IMG/VR virus record: IMGVR_UViG_2778261224_000004 | Source: a virus | Lineage: Duplodnaviria > Heunggongvirae > Uroviricota > Caudoviricetes | Direction: 5' to 3' (one strand) | Length of the DNA: 47,754 nt | In this document: positions 1 through 10,922 of the stretch, piece by piece | Layout of the letters: each line of letters begins with the position of its first letter | Position numbering within the stretch: position 1 is the stretch's first letter | Made by a program: the position numbers and the translations under genes | The notes under the pieces: model-generated | What the model was told of the DNA's origin: nothing | What the model saw: only the letters and a program-made list of their open reading frames with translations | Database searches by the model: none

Positions 1-77
1 GATATTGTTATAGGGCATAATGTGACCATTGGTTGTAATGCCACCATTCTTGGTGGCAAAGTGCGTATAGGAAACAA
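1..77. repeat. Terminal duplication: bases 1-77 identical to 47678-47754 (circular-closure overlap)
   Basis: Same 77-nt string at both window ends, in the same reading frame of the acetyltransferase gene. Confidence 0.9.
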
Positions 78-183
78 TGTCACAATAGGTGCTCATGCAT
101 TGGTATTGCATGATATTCCTGATGATTCAACATTCATCACTAAATTTCAGTCTGAAGTTATCTGCTCGTCCTCCCGAACATAA
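1..183 (+). CDS. Hexapeptide-repeat (left-handed beta-helix) O-acetyltransferase, C-terminal part; same gene as 47297..47754 across the circular junction
   Basis: Frame-1 translation [42 protein letters not shown]... shows hexapeptide repeats; stop TAA at 181-183. Confidence 0.7.
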   Translation, partial: DIVIGHNVTIGCNATILGGKVRIGNNVTIGAHALVLHDIPDDSTFITKFQSEVICSSSRT

Positions 184-764
184 CCCTGATTCATCAGCTC
201 TGGCCATACGATATCCGGAGCTGTACTGGTGTCAATTCTACTCACTAATACTCTGTATTTTCTCCAGGAATCCAGTTGTGAATTTTCCTCGTTTGTTGCT
301 ATTTCAAGATTAACTGCATCCTGCAGAATTGCGATGTTATCTGTTGCTTCCTGGATCAACCTTGCCTTTTTCTCTTCCGCTTCCCGTATCCGAAACAGTT
401 TTTCTGCTTCCTCATCATTCACCCAGGATACGCCGTCCCACTTCTGATACTCCCCTGCTGGCGACAACCAGGTGACATTCTCTGGTAGCGGTCCGAGTTC
501 AGAAATAAACAATGCGTCCCCCGACGCCACGTCATAGACCGTTTTACCACGATGGTCTTCAACAATATTCCACGATTCATTTTCACTGTTAAAAACTGCC
601 ACAAAGCCAGCAGGAATTTCCGGTGGGGCGATATCTGTAGAATTAGCTGGCAGCCCTGTATGAGGTGGAATATATGCGTCACCTTCACCAATAAACTCAT
701 TAGTTCCGGCCAGCAGGTTATAAATTTTTACGGTACGTGATTGTTCACTCATTCTGAATGCCAT
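147..764 (-). CDS. Tail fibre assembly protein (Tfa-like chaperone)
   Basis: 205-aa ORF immediately downstream of the tail fibre gene; size, position and composition typical of lambda Tfa / P2 G / Mu U chaperones; 3' end overlaps the acetyltransferase 3' end convergently (147-183). Confidence 0.7.
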   Translation of the reverse strand: MAFRMSEQSRTVKIYNLLAGTNEFIGEGDAYIPPHTGLPANSTDIAPPEIPAGFVAVFNSENESWNIVEDHRGKTVYDVASGDALFISELGPLPENVTWLSPAGEYQKWDGVSWVNDEEAEKLFRIREAEEKKARLIQEATDNIAILQDAVNLEIATNEENSQLDSWRKYRVLVSRIDTSTAPDIVWPELMNQGYVREDEQITSD

Positions 765-3610
765 TATGCAAGCCTCACAATATAATTAAATGCGATGTTT
801 TTAACGGTGTTTTCCGCGTTACCAGCAGCGTTAACGGTGATGGTGTGTCCATGTGAACCAATCTTAACAGAGTGCGTATGAGCGCCAATACCAACAGTGT
901 GTGCATGTGCCCCAGCACTTGTAGCGGTACCTGATACTGAGTGGGTATGTGCGCCAGAAGAAGGCACAGTTCCATTCCCCACCACCGTGCCACTTGATGA
1001 ACCATCCAGCCAGTCGAAATTCATACCGCCACTGTTTGGTCTCCTTAATGGAACGGTATGAGTATGTGCGCCAGCACTATTTGCAGTACCAGATACATTG
1101 TGGGTATGTGCACCTGTGTTATTCGTTGATTTAGTACCGTAATCAAACGACGATGTGGTTTTCGTACCCAAATCCGTACTGGATGCGCTGGCACTGTGGG
1201 TGTGCGATTTAATGCCATCCTGTTCCTGAGACAATACGGCCCGACCACTGGCGGGTTTGCCCTTGATTGTCCAGCCGCGCATATCTGGAATAACACCAGA
1301 AGGATAGGCAATAGCCAGTTTCGGATATGCTGCCTTATCAAACGTCTGCCCCTGCATGATTGCATAACCTGCAGGTGGCGTATCTGATGGCCACGGCAGC
1401 GGAACACCTGGCGGAAACGCTTCAATATTTGCCGAGCCGTCAAATTTTACGCCGTTAATTGTCCTTGCCGTTTTCAGCTTTGTTGCTGTCGCCGCATTGC
1501 CGGACAGTTCACCAGAAAGGCCAGCACTGAATGTCTGTTTCGCGCCCCATGTCTGGGCTTCGTCAATGATTGGTACTCGTCTTGTTGTGATCGTGCGGCT
1601 CCCCGGATTTCCTGAAATGCGCACCATAAAAAAGCGGTAGTTGGCTTTACTTACAGTGCTGCGCCATACATGCATTGAGCGCCCCGTACCGGAATCATCA
1701 CTCGGACCAACTGCGATATTTATCAGGTTGCCATCAATGACGCCCCAGTCCATACCGTCGGGAATATTGGTCATATTATCCAGCCGAACGGTTATCAGAC
1801 TGCCCGGAACAAAGTCGTAGGTCTGCCAGTCCAGGCTGGTGAGCTTTGCCACAGCACCGCCGATACCCAGATTCAGGGGAAGTGAATACGAGGTGTAGAC
1901 TTCCCGCCATTCGCTCCACGAGCTACCGGTATAGGCGCGCTCAAACGTGCGACCTTTAAGGGTTGCACCTGTTCCGGCGGTTGTATAACGTTGCCATACG
2001 TTAACGCCATCAAAGCGCCTCAGCACTTCCAGAATACCGAGTACAGTCACGCCGTTTCCGTCCAGTATTGGACCATTGGTCGCTTTACCTGTAACGCTGT
2101 AAATACCTGGTGAGGTTACATCATTCAAATCACCGTCGTAATAACGGCTTTCTGACTGATGACCGACTCTTAACCACGGTTCCCACTGCGGATTTGATGC
2201 ATCCCAGCTTGCCGCAAGGCAGCGGACATACATATTTCCACGGCGAGTGGTATAACGTTGCGTTCTTCCATAATTTCCGCCTTCGAGGATCTCAAGCATC
2301 CCCTGAGCAAAGCCGCCTTCCTCTGGATAATTGCGTTCATATGAAGCTATAGCTGAGCTACTGTTACGCCATAAACCAAGATGCTCGGCGGCTCCAAGCG
2401 TATTCAGGTCTATAGTCGTACTCAAAGGGCGGGTAGCAGATTGAGTGTGACGCCATACGCCCCACGGACCATCAGTGCCATTCCACTTATTGGCGAGTTT
2501 ACGCATGTATACATTGCCGTCTCTCGTGGTAAAGCGTTGCGTACCTGCAAAATGGCCGGCAGCAAAAACCTCAAGCACACCGACAGCATTATCTTCCGGG
2601 AAATTTTTCTCCAGTGTTGCGTTGGTGGATGTTGCTTTAGACCAGATACCTGAATAAGCCTTAACAGGACCAAACGTATTCAGATCAGCATCAAGCGGCA
2701 TTTCGCCATTGTTTTTCATAAACGTCAGGCTGGTAACGCCAACATTGTCCAGAAAAGCTGATTTATCCTGGATATCTGCACCGTTCTGATTTTTCGCCAG
2801 ACGTGAATTTGCGTTGTCATTTGCTGCCTTGACCGCTTTTGGCGTTGCCGCCTGCGTTTCAGACGTACTGTTAGTGGCACTACTGAGCTGAACTATCCCT
2901 TTTTGTGCCGTGGTGGCATTCTGGGCGGTATATTTTCCGTCAGCCAGGTCATATGCAGCCTTAACAGCCTTAGGCGTCGCTGCGAGCTTTTCAGACGTGC
3001 TATTGGTGGCATTACTGAGTTGAACAATGCCTTTTGATGTTAAAGTTGCATCAGGATGATTACGTGATTGCTCATGTTTTACAATAGCTTGCTTAAGCCG
3101 CTTTGCTGAAACAGCCAGGGAATCATCTGTACCTGCATCAATTTCTTGTTCATTAGCAAATCTTGCTACTCCAACAACAGTTTCGGTTGCGGGAGGGTTA
3201 ATAAACTCAACATCACCAAATGTAATGTTTTTAGTATCAAGATTTTTAATTGCTATATCACTTGATATTAAAGCAATTGTAGAAGATGCTTTATTTATTA
3301 TTACTTGTTCTTGCGAGTATACAGCAAACAATGTTCCTTTATTTGTATACAAACCTATTGTATGGACAACATACTCATCTTTACTATCATCCTTCGCAGT
3401 TACATGAATGGTATCAGGAGAAACGACTTTGCCTCCTATTGTGGTAAGTCGCTTTATTTCATCTGTTATTTTTGTTTGTGTGGTTGATGTGGCATAATAT
3501 CTACTACCTAAACCAACAGAAACGATCTCAACTTTATTTGTTCCAGTCTTGTTGGCATTAACCAGCGCCTTACGCCCGGCGTCAGTCATCGTAAATAATA
3601 ATTTACTCAC
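764..3610 (-). CDS. Tail fibre protein with C-terminal His-x-His repeat tip domain
   Basis: 948-aa ORF; repeated collar-like motifs (KGIVQLSxATNSTSE..[10 protein letters not shown] twice), three paralogous internal modules (..[15 protein letters not shown].. / ..[16 protein letters not shown].. / ..[11 protein letters not shown]..), and C-terminal GAHTHxVSGTA..HTHSV HxH repeats as in T4 gp37-type and lambda Stf-type fibre tips. Confidence 0.85.
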   Translation of the reverse strand: MSKLLFTMTDAGRKALVNANKTGTNKVEIVSVGLGSRYYATSTTQTKITDEIKRLTTIGGKVVSPDTIHVTAKDDSKDEYVVHTIGLYTNKGTLFAVYSQEQVIINKASSTIALISSDIAIKNLDTKNITFGDVEFINPPATETVVGVARFANEQEIDAGTDDSLAVSAKRLKQAIVKHEQSRNHPDATLTSKGIVQLSNATNSTSEKLAATPKAVKAAYDLADGKYTAQNATTAQKGIVQLSSATNSTSETQAATPKAVKAANDNANSRLAKNQNGADIQDKSAFLDNVGVTSLTFMKNNGEMPLDADLNTFGPVKAYSGIWSKATSTNATLEKNFPEDNAVGVLEVFAAGHFAGTQRFTTRDGNVYMRKLANKWNGTDGPWGVWRHTQSATRPLSTTIDLNTLGAAEHLGLWRNSSSAIASYERNYPEEGGFAQGMLEILEGGNYGRTQRYTTRRGNMYVRCLAASWDASNPQWEPWLRVGHQSESRYYDGDLNDVTSPGIYSVTGKATNGPILDGNGVTVLGILEVLRRFDGVNVWQRYTTAGTGATLKGRTFERAYTGSSWSEWREVYTSYSLPLNLGIGGAVAKLTSLDWQTYDFVPGSLITVRLDNMTNIPDGMDWGVIDGNLINIAVGPSDDSGTGRSMHVWRSTVSKANYRFFMVRISGNPGSRTITTRRVPIIDEAQTWGAKQTFSAGLSGELSGNAATATKLKTARTINGVKFDGSANIEAFPPGVPLPWPSDTPPAGYAIMQGQTFDKAAYPKLAIAYPSGVIPDMRGWTIKGKPASGRAVLSQEQDGIKSHTHSASASSTDLGTKTTSSFDYGTKSTNNTGAHTHNVSGTANSAGAHTHTVPLRRPNSGGMNFDWLDGSSSGTVVGNGTVPSSGAHTHSVSGTATSAGAHAHTVGIGAHTHSVKIGSHGHTITVNAAGNAENTVKNIAFNYIVRLA

Positions 3611-3640
3611 GCTTAATTCCTTGGATTAACAAATCGCAAA

Positions 3641-4222
3641 TTAGCACTCACCAATTAATCGTACATAAGACACAGGCTGGAAAGCACCGACAATACCAAC
3701 ACCACCTGAAACATTGGTTGCTTGCGAAAATGTAAATAGTGTTCTTGCCGACTTTGCACTCTTGATACTTCTTAACGTATCCTCCAACATCTCTTTCGAA
3801 GGAACAGCACCATCAAAAGAGTTAATCGAAGCAACAATTGAGGCTGTATATGGTTCGCCAGGTGGTGATGTTTCAAACCATTCTGTTATGTTTACCTCTC
3901 CACCCAAGCTATTTACTACATCTTCAACCGCTGCCCTTGTACCCTTTATTCGCTTTGTTCGTATTATTGATTTAAAAACAGAACGCTTTAACAATACAGG
4001 CCAACTATCCCTCCATGTATCAGCATTCCATTGCCAAGCTAAATGATCGAGAACAACTGAGTCCAGGTTATCAACAACGCTATATATTTCTGTCTTATAT
4101 ATTAAATTGTTAATTGCTTGTAGTTCATCATCAATAGCTTTCGACATAGCTATCACGTTGGGATCGCTAGCTAAGTTAGGAGGTAAAACATCCAACAAGC
4201 TAACATTAAAGATATCAGCCAT
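3641..4222 (-). CDS. Baseplate assembly protein, P2 gpI-like
   Basis: 193-aa ORF between J-like baseplate gene and tail fibre gene, conserved P2/Mu synteny. Confidence 0.6.
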   Translation of the reverse strand: MADIFNVSLLDVLPPNLASDPNVIAMSKAIDDELQAINNLIYKTEIYSVVDNLDSVVLDHLAWQWNADTWRDSWPVLLKRSVFKSIIRTKRIKGTRAAVEDVVNSLGGEVNITEWFETSPPGEPYTASIVASINSFDGAVPSKEMLEDTLRSIKSAKSARTLFTFSQATNVSGGVGIVGAFQPVSYVRLIGEC

Positions 4223-5339
4223 CCTCTAACCCCGCATACTGGCAATTTATATTTCTCTCTCTGGCGACCTGTGTCTCTCCAATCACAGTAAAAACAGGAC
4301 TTGATATTTCTAATCTTTTAGCCCCAGCATTTTTTAAACGTTGAATAATTTCATCTGGATTTATATCTCTTCCCATAACCGAACGTTGCCATTGTTTATA
4401 CTCATCAATAGCTTTCTCAACCTCACTTTGAATTAAAGTTGTTCTGTTTTTGTCCGATGAGTTAATCCAGTATTTAATTATTATATCGTATTCAATGCTC
4501 TCTGGTTTCTTAACAAGAACTTTATCTGTGAATGGTCGAATATTAGTTGCAGAGAGAACGCTATTTATCTGCTCTAATAGTTCATTAGAAGGTATATCTC
4601 CGTTCTCTAACAAAGAACGGATTTCTACAATTCCGGGCGATGGTGTATATACATTCACATCTTTTATATTCTGATTGGCTGTTCTTGTCCAATATTTATA
4701 AGAATCCTCCGGCCCTGCTGTAGACAGTTTTTCCGGCGACAGTTTTATTCTTTCAGCATAATTATCATCTGACTCCGTATCAGCACCAGAATTAGATGTT
4801 GTTACATTCCTTACGCTGGAAACATACGGCAACGGAGTCACCAACTCATTTATTTGCCCTGGTAAAAAGCCATTCCCAGATAAACCAGGTATAACAGCAT
4901 ATCCTGAGACTGTACCAACTGTTTTCCCAGCAGGTATTTCCAACAAAATATCTGTTTGGAAAATAACACCATTTCCAGTTGAAACTTGAGTGCCAGCAGG
5001 TATTGTATATATCCCCGATAATTTTGTTGACAGATTAAACTCAAATGTAGTCAAGGCAGATTGAGCTTCCAGCCTAGGCGTATCCGTCAGATAGCCTATA
5101 TGGTCGAGATATTCACCTTCACCATATGTAAGAAGGTTTTGTTTTGCAGAAAAATCGATAGCTTTTCTTTGCTGTATAATAATCTCACACAATGATAAGA
5201 TGAATAATCTACGTGGATCAGCAGGTGCTAATGTTTCACCTGTTATACTCTCAAAAGCCCTGATTGAACGAGTTGTTATATCAGTCGGGTTAGAATCTGC
5301 GAAAGTAATATCTGGCAAACCACCACGCGGCAACGTCAT
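4215..5339 (-). CDS. Baseplate protein J-like (P2 gpJ / Mu gp47 family)
   Basis: 374-aa ORF, position after gp25-like W gene; size and synteny. Confidence 0.7.
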   Translation of the reverse strand: MTLPRGGLPDITFADSNPTDITTRSIRAFESITGETLAPADPRRLFILSLCEIIIQQRKAIDFSAKQNLLTYGEGEYLDHIGYLTDTPRLEAQSALTTFEFNLSTKLSGIYTIPAGTQVSTGNGVIFQTDILLEIPAGKTVGTVSGYAVIPGLSGNGFLPGQINELVTPLPYVSSVRNVTTSNSGADTESDDNYAERIKLSPEKLSTAGPEDSYKYWTRTANQNIKDVNVYTPSPGIVEIRSLLENGDIPSNELLEQINSVLSATNIRPFTDKVLVKKPESIEYDIIIKYWINSSDKNRTTLIQSEVEKAIDEYKQWQRSVMGRDINPDEIIQRLKNAGAKRLEISSPVFTVIGETQVARERNINCQYAGLEDG

Positions 5340-5656
5340 TCTCTAACTCCTATCACAAGTTTTGGCCTAATAAAACCATCAGAAACGTCCGTTCTTTCAA
5401 AAGTAACAGAATGGATAATCGCTCTAGGCTCAAACTCACTAATTTTTTGAATTATTTCTCGTGTTGCTGTAGCAATAAAAATTGGACTAGGGCTATCAAC
5501 AAGACTTGAATTAATTCCTAATTTTCTGGCATATGGTACAGTGCCAATTTGAGTATTAATAATAGTAGAGACATTTTGCAAAACTTCTTCTACAACTGTT
5601 TTGGGCGACCAATCAATCGAGTAAGAAGGTGATGATATGGTAAACGTATTATTCAT
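5336..5656 (-). CDS. Baseplate wedge protein, GPW/gp25-like
   Basis: 106-aa ORF with gp25/W-like size and motif pattern (..EPRAII..), directly upstream of J-like gene. Confidence 0.65.
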   Translation of the reverse strand: MNNTFTISSPSYSIDWSPKTVVEEVLQNVSTIINTQIGTVPYARKLGINSSLVDSPSPIFIATATREIIQKISEFEPRAIIHSVTFERTDVSDGFIRPKLVIGVRE

Positions 5657-6120
5657 AATAATTTACCTAACGCACTTCTAGTTTTTGACTCTATATTGCC
5701 AGCAATATCAACTAATGCTTCTTTCAGAGAGGTCTGTCCGACTTCCTGTAATTTAATGCCGACGATAATCACTCGTGGATTCCCAGTTGGACCGAAATAA
5801 GTCCATGATTCCTCTATATCTGTAATTATAAAATTACCAAAATACTGAATACCAATTACAACAGGATTTACTTCCTGAATTGATTGCATTGTCCTAAGTA
5901 ATGAAAGCGCAGCCAATGGAACAATGCCAAGTGTTGTATCCAACCGCATATTAAAACTAACTTCATCCAGATCTGGACCTATATCCTCCAGAACAGGTTT
6001 AAGCCCAATAACATCATGGCGCGCTACACGACGCTTTGACGTCCTTTTAAAATTGTTGAACGTATTCACCACTATTGATGAGGCAACAAAAGGCATTGTA
6101 CCAAGCATACCCACAATCAT
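5653..6120 (-). CDS. Hypothetical baseplate-region protein
   Basis: 155-aa ORF between spike and W-like genes, overlapping stop/start coupling with neighbours. Confidence 0.4.
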   Translation of the reverse strand: MIVGMLGTMPFVASSIVVNTFNNFKRTSKRRVARHDVIGLKPVLEDIGPDLDEVSFNMRLDTTLGIVPLAALSLLRTMQSIQEVNPVVIGIQYFGNFIITDIEESWTYFGPTGNPRVIIVGIKLQEVGQTSLKEALVDIAGNIESKTRSALGKLL

Positions 6121-6737
6121 GCCTGAGCCTCCGTTGTCGGAGCGTATTCCCCCTGAGCTGTGTGATGGTGGCCTTTAGATTTAATCCCATCAACATCTAT
6201 ATCACCACCAACAACCTTAACATTCCCAGAAATTGTAGCTGCAACACCTCCAGCAGAAGATCCTTTCATTCCACCTTTGAAGGTTAGTAATCCTTCAACT
6301 GTAGCATTTCCGGTAATGATGGTTTCTGGAGCATCAATAGTTACGGTTCCTGTAGCCTTAATGGTTACATCTCCGACAGCATCAACAAGGAGTAAATTAG
6401 ATTCTCTGTCTATCTCAATACGAGTTCCGTTATTAAATCTAATGACGCGTTTATTAACAGTATTAGATGGCGGCTTCTGTGTTTCATCATAAAAACTACC
6501 AAGAATAAAACCTTGTTGCGGCCCCGCGGGATGAAAGATACACAAAACTTGCTCACCAATATCTGGCATCCAGTAATCAGCATTCTTATCTGTATTTTTC
6601 ACAATAACTGATAACTTTGCCGAAGTGACGTTATCCTGATCATCGAAAGTAACTCTTGCTGTAACATCACCATCATCAATATCAGAAACAACGCCAACTC
6701 TTATAGTCTGACGTAATAATGTTTCTAAATCATTCAT
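6117..6737 (-). CDS. Baseplate central spike protein (P2 gpV / Mu gp45-like)
   Basis: 206-aa ORF; C-terminal Gly/Val-rich beta-helix-like repeats (TIDAPETIITGNATVEG...GGVAATISGNVKVVGGDIDVDG) and His cluster (KGHHHT) typical of spike tips. Confidence 0.65.
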   Translation of the reverse strand: MNDLETLLRQTIRVGVVSDIDDGDVTARVTFDDQDNVTSAKLSVIVKNTDKNADYWMPDIGEQVLCIFHPAGPQQGFILGSFYDETQKPPSNTVNKRVIRFNNGTRIEIDRESNLLLVDAVGDVTIKATGTVTIDAPETIITGNATVEGLLTFKGGMKGSSAGGVAATISGNVKVVGGDIDVDGIKSKGHHHTAQGEYAPTTEAQA

Positions 6738-6739
6738 AA

Positions 6740-7741
6740 TTAATACCCATTAATTACTCTTCGGACATCAATCGAGGTGGTATAACCACTAGTCCCAATT
6801 GAATGCACAGCTTTCGATATAAGATATTTTCCAGAAAATGAACCGAATCCCTCCAGATTTATAGTTACACCAGCTACCAATCTGGTGTCTCCAACCAATA
6901 CTAAAGATCCGGTATTTTGATATCTATTTTTAAGCCGCAAAGCAGCCTTTGCCTTACGTTTTGCTTCATCTAAATTAGCTACCAGTTTTCTTATCTTAAG
7001 ATTCGACCCTTCTTCTACGGATGGATCTACCCAAGTATACGAAAGCGACTTTCTTTTTTTAGGTACGCGATATTTGCACGTGCAACTTTTATACAAATCT
7101 GTAGATTGTGTGCTAAAGCTATATCTGATTATCTCATCAATACCTAACGTAAGCGTAGCGATAGGATCTTTTTGCTCAAACATCTCTTGAGCAAATATTA
7201 TTAATTGGCTATCAGTGACCTTTAACGACAACCCTTCATCCTGGCAAAGTCGATGGAGAAATTTTAAATCGCTTTCCTCCATTTGATCTTCACGCGCATA
7301 ATATGGATTACTATCACCATCAATAAGAAACAACAGTTCAAGGTTAGCTAATTTAGCTATAGAAGTTGCTATATCTTTAAGAGTTGTTTTTTCCCATGCA
7401 TTACTTTTTAAATCACGTCTAATGCCTGATGAAACAGGAACAGAAACAGCAGTTACCTCAACCACAGAAGGTGGTCCAGAGCAAGTTATGCCATCTACCT
7501 GGAATTTCCCGCACTCAAGGACGATTTGATTTATAGGCTTAAAGCTCAAATCAATAAAATCACCCTTTTTAGGTGTCCAGTCTCCAGACCATTTCCCATC
7601 ATCATTTTTTAATATAATAGAAATATCATCGACCTGACCATCTTCATTATCTGTATAAGACATTGACAAAACATCAGGTGACATATGAGCGGTAATATTT
7701 ACATTCTGATATATAACATCAAAAAGCGTTTTACGTAACAC
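6740..7741 (-). CDS. Tail/baseplate hub protein, P2 gpD-like (late control D family)
   Basis: 333-aa ORF downstream of tape measure and LysM-like gene; size and synteny. Confidence 0.5.
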   Translation of the reverse strand: MLRKTLFDVIYQNVNITAHMSPDVLSMSYTDNEDGQVDDISIILKNDDGKWSGDWTPKKGDFIDLSFKPINQIVLECGKFQVDGITCSGPPSVVEVTAVSVPVSSGIRRDLKSNAWEKTTLKDIATSIAKLANLELLFLIDGDSNPYYAREDQMEESDLKFLHRLCQDEGLSLKVTDSQLIIFAQEMFEQKDPIATLTLGIDEIIRYSFSTQSTDLYKSCTCKYRVPKKRKSLSYTWVDPSVEEGSNLKIRKLVANLDEAKRKAKAALRLKNRYQNTGSLVLVGDTRLVAGVTINLEGFGSFSGKYLISKAVHSIGTSGYTTSIDVRRVINGY

Positions 7742-7949
7742 TATTGCGTCTCCACGGAGGAAAATTGTTTACTGATATTGGCATAACCGGAGCATCAGGA
7801 ACTTTAAGAATAATTCCCGCAGAAAAAAGCACCGTAAAGCGGTGCTCAGTATTAGCATCAATAAGAAGATAAGACAGGTACTCATTACCATACAACTTTA
7901 AAGCGATACTATCCCATGAGTCCCCTTGAACCGTTCTATAATCATCCAA
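7731..7949 (-). CDS. Tail protein X-like (LysM-like)
   Basis: 72-aa ORF immediately after tape measure; pattern ..QGDSWDSIALKLYG.. resembles P2 gpX/LysM-type tail proteins. Confidence 0.5.
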   Translation of the reverse strand: MDDYRTVQGDSWDSIALKLYGNEYLSYLLIDANTEHRFTVLFSAGIILKVPDAPVMPISVNNFPPWRRNSVT

Positions 7950-10734
7950 AACTTAATCTCCGTTGTTGGAACATATGAGCACTCAATTTCTTCTCAAAAT
8001 CAGAATATCCCGCATCTAATGCTCTTTTAGCTGCCGCCTCAGTTTCCTTTGGTGAACCAGCCGGAAGATTGATTACAGGTGAATAGGTTATTCCACCAGT
8101 CACAGCGTTAACGTTCTGGCGAGGTCCAGAAGTCCCGGCGGCAGATATCCCGTGAGGTGATAAATTTGATTGCCCGAACTTGCTTGCTATTGCATTCTGT
8201 AAGCTGTTATTCCTGCTAACACCTGATGCCAGAGTAGTCATTATTGCACCACCTGACTTTGTTAGCTGTGAGAATGGACCTTTTTTCGCGTCAGAGAACG
8301 GTAAATACTCACGTACAGAAGAAAAAACGCCTTTCACTTCATTAATTAAAGCATTTGCTTTTGATTTTATCCCAGTGATTAACGTCTCAATTATTTTTGC
8401 GCCTGACTCACTCCAGTTTATTCCAGATAAATAAGTCGTTACAGATTGGAATGCTCTTATAAAGAGTCCAACTGGTGAAAAACGCATAAAAACAGATACC
8501 AGTGTATCTATGATTTTCTTTCCTGTTTCGCTCCAGTTAATGCCAGAAAGGTAATTTGTTGTAATTTTAAATGCTTTAATTAAGAACGGAAGCGGAGACA
8601 TCCATTTAAAAGCACTAATTAATGTACTGTAAATTCTTACACCTGCCGAACTCCAGTTTATGTTGGAAAGATAATCCCATGCTTTACCAAACATAGATAT
8701 AATCCATCCATTGAGGTCAAAGTTTAAGATAAAGTTTTTTATAGCCTCAAATGATTTAACTGTATATTCCTTAACAGAAGGCCAAACTCTGACAGCATAA
8801 TCTCTGATCTTATCCCAATTCTGATAGAGCAATATTCCTGCGGCAACCAGCGCAGATATAGCCATCTGAATCCACCCGAAGGGTGTTAGCTTTGTCGCTA
8901 CAGATAAAGCCAGCATAGCTACCCTACACGCTATAACCACACTTTTCATGGTTAGAAACGCACCTGCCGCCATCACTATCTGAGACACAAAATTGGGGTT
9001 GTTAGCTACAAATTCACTAATTTTTGTAATCAGCGGAACCAAAACACTAAGCGCGGCATTCAAAGCAGGTTGCAAGGCCTGACCAAAACTTAATGATGCA
9101 TTGCTAGCCTGAATACGTAATTGTTTCAATCGCTCCGCATTATCTTTCGTTATGTTGGCAAAATCGCGGTCAATAACAGCACTTCCAGCTCCAAGAGATG
9201 TTGCTTTGATTCTCTGGTATTCCTTCCAGTTTTGAATCATCGGACGAACAAAGTTCTGAACCTGCATATCGCCAAATAGTTCACCAAGTAACTTCTGATC
9301 TCCGTTCTTAGTCATTTTCATGACAGAATGCATTGCAGCTTCGAATGGATTCTTCCCTTTTTTCTGCGCTGTTGTAACAATTTTATATAAATCTACACCG
9401 AAATTTTTCTTTGCTTTTTTTAGTGTTTCAGGGGAAAGTATTTTTGCCAAAAAGTTGTTCATATTATTAGCAGCCTCATCCGAAGTTGCAGCCCCCTTGC
9501 GAGCTATCTGCAAAGCTGCACCCATCGTCGCGGCTGCTTCTTTACCTCCCATTTTTAATGCCTGGAACTGAGCACCAAGCACAGGAAGATTTTTGGCCAT
9601 ATCTTTAAATTCAAAGTTCCCCTCTTTCCCTGCCTGAACCAGAATCCCCATTGCAGACTTCATTTGAGATGGATCAATCTTCAATGAGTCACTTAATGTA
9701 AATGATGCTTTCGAGACATCGAGGATATCAGAGCCAGTAGCTGTAGCTGTTCGCCCAATAGTTAGTAGATTCGCCTGAGCCTCTTTATAATCCTGCCCAG
9801 CAGCGACGAGAAAACCCTGAGCGGCCTGAATATCAGATGCAAACTGGTTGGTAGCCGTTCCGGTAACAAGCATCGCCTGCCCCATCGCCTGAACTTCTTC
9901 CGGCTTCATATCTGCCGTAAGACCAATCATTTTGTTTTCACGATTGAAATTTGCTGCATTGTTAGCAGCAGCAAATGCACCAGCCGCTACAGCACCAGTT
10001 TGTAATCCTGACCTTACAAGTTGACTCTTTGCCTCACCAAGATGCTCTCGCTTCAATTCACGCTGCCTTTCCAACGCGCGGTTTAACTCCTCCTGAGCAC
10101 GTTTTACTGCAAGAACATTTTTCCGTGCTTCAGCCAACGCATTTTTATAGCTGTTAATTTTATCAATACGTTGTTTTTCTAATGCCCGGTTAAGTTCCTC
10201 CTGCTGTTTTTTCACTTGCTGAACATTTGCTCTGGCTAAAGCCAAAGCCGTTCTGTAGCGGTTAACCTGCTCAACGCTACGGGCCTGAGCCTCACGATTA
10301 CGATCAATGCTGGCTTTAAGCTCTTTCTCTCTTGAGGCCAAAGCTCTGGCAGATGTATCAGCTCCCTGATAGGCAGACTTTAAAGCGGCCAGTTCTTCAC
10401 GCTGAGAACGTAGTGATGCTCGTAAATTCGATGAATGTGTTTTTGCCTTCTCAAAGTCACGAAGCATCGCTCTGGTTGGATTGGCCGTGTTTTTTATTTG
10501 CTTCTGTAACTCTTCAACGCGAGCGGCAGCTTTATGATATTCGAGGGCAGTCTGTCCAACCTTTACTTTTACAGATTGTAGCTTTTGAATTTCCCCATGT
10601 TCTTTCGTTAATCCAGCAAGCTCGGCATTTAATTTAGCAACAGCCTGATTAGCTGTAGTAAAACTTTTGGGGAGAGAGGCGGCAACTTTGCCGCCAATTT
10701 CAAAAGCCAGCTTAAAGTTCTTATTGCTGGCCAT
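7942..10734 (-). CDS. Tail tape measure protein
   Basis: 930-aa ORF; long N-terminal coiled-coil-like repeats (..EELNRALE.. repeated), central hydrophobic segments; follows frameshifted chaperone gene. Confidence 0.8.
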   Translation of the reverse strand: MASNKNFKLAFEIGGKVAASLPKSFTTANQAVAKLNAELAGLTKEHGEIQKLQSVKVKVGQTALEYHKAAARVEELQKQIKNTANPTRAMLRDFEKAKTHSSNLRASLRSQREELAALKSAYQGADTSARALASREKELKASIDRNREAQARSVEQVNRYRTALALARANVQQVKKQQEELNRALEKQRIDKINSYKNALAEARKNVLAVKRAQEELNRALERQRELKREHLGEAKSQLVRSGLQTGAVAAGAFAAANNAANFNRENKMIGLTADMKPEEVQAMGQAMLVTGTATNQFASDIQAAQGFLVAAGQDYKEAQANLLTIGRTATATGSDILDVSKASFTLSDSLKIDPSQMKSAMGILVQAGKEGNFEFKDMAKNLPVLGAQFQALKMGGKEAAATMGAALQIARKGAATSDEAANNMNNFLAKILSPETLKKAKKNFGVDLYKIVTTAQKKGKNPFEAAMHSVMKMTKNGDQKLLGELFGDMQVQNFVRPMIQNWKEYQRIKATSLGAGSAVIDRDFANITKDNAERLKQLRIQASNASLSFGQALQPALNAALSVLVPLITKISEFVANNPNFVSQIVMAAGAFLTMKSVVIACRVAMLALSVATKLTPFGWIQMAISALVAAGILLYQNWDKIRDYAVRVWPSVKEYTVKSFEAIKNFILNFDLNGWIISMFGKAWDYLSNINWSSAGVRIYSTLISAFKWMSPLPFLIKAFKITTNYLSGINWSETGKKIIDTLVSVFMRFSPVGLFIRAFQSVTTYLSGINWSESGAKIIETLITGIKSKANALINEVKGVFSSVREYLPFSDAKKGPFSQLTKSGGAIMTTLASGVSRNNSLQNAIASKFGQSNLSPHGISAAGTSGPRQNVNAVTGGITYSPVINLPAGSPKETEAAAKRALDAGYSDFEKKLSAHMFQQRRLSFG

Positions 10735-10739
10735 TAGTA

Positions 10740-10922
10740 TTAATCCTCATTAAACACGTCAATCCATGCGACGATTCGCCTCAACCGAAGCGAAAGCCAG
10801 TAGGATATAGGTGTTGATTGAGATGATTGAGATAGAGAACTCGCGGCCCTCATTATTTGCTTATCAATAGGTTTTTGCTCATCAAAACCTACGAGAGCAA
10901 AAAATTCTGTACCTTTTGACAA
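10740..10922 (-). CDS. E-prime-like C-terminal extension reached by -1 frameshift from the tail assembly chaperone ORF
   Basis: ORF in the -1 frame overlapping the 3' end of 10889..11170 by 34 nt; the track start is TTG, not ATG, so it is unlikely to be independently initiated. Confidence 0.5.
   Translation of the reverse strand: MSKGTEFFALVGFDEQKPIDKQIMRAASSLSQSSQSTPISYWLSLRLRRIVAWIDVFNED

Noticed and set aside
89-447. Plus-strand ORFs (74 and 72 aa) overlapping the tfa gene
   Set aside because: Antisense shadows of the Tfa-like gene; the real plus-strand coding region here is only the acetyltransferase 3' end (1-183)
1-3610. Invertible tail-fibre segment (Mu G or P1 C type)
   Set aside because: No invertase gene and no inverted repeats flanking the fibre/Tfa genes; the opposite-strand gene is an acetyltransferase, not an alternative fibre set
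8180-10637. Several 60-100-aa plus-strand ORFs inside the tape measure gene
   Set aside because: Antisense to a long, repeat-rich conserved gene; shadow ORFs
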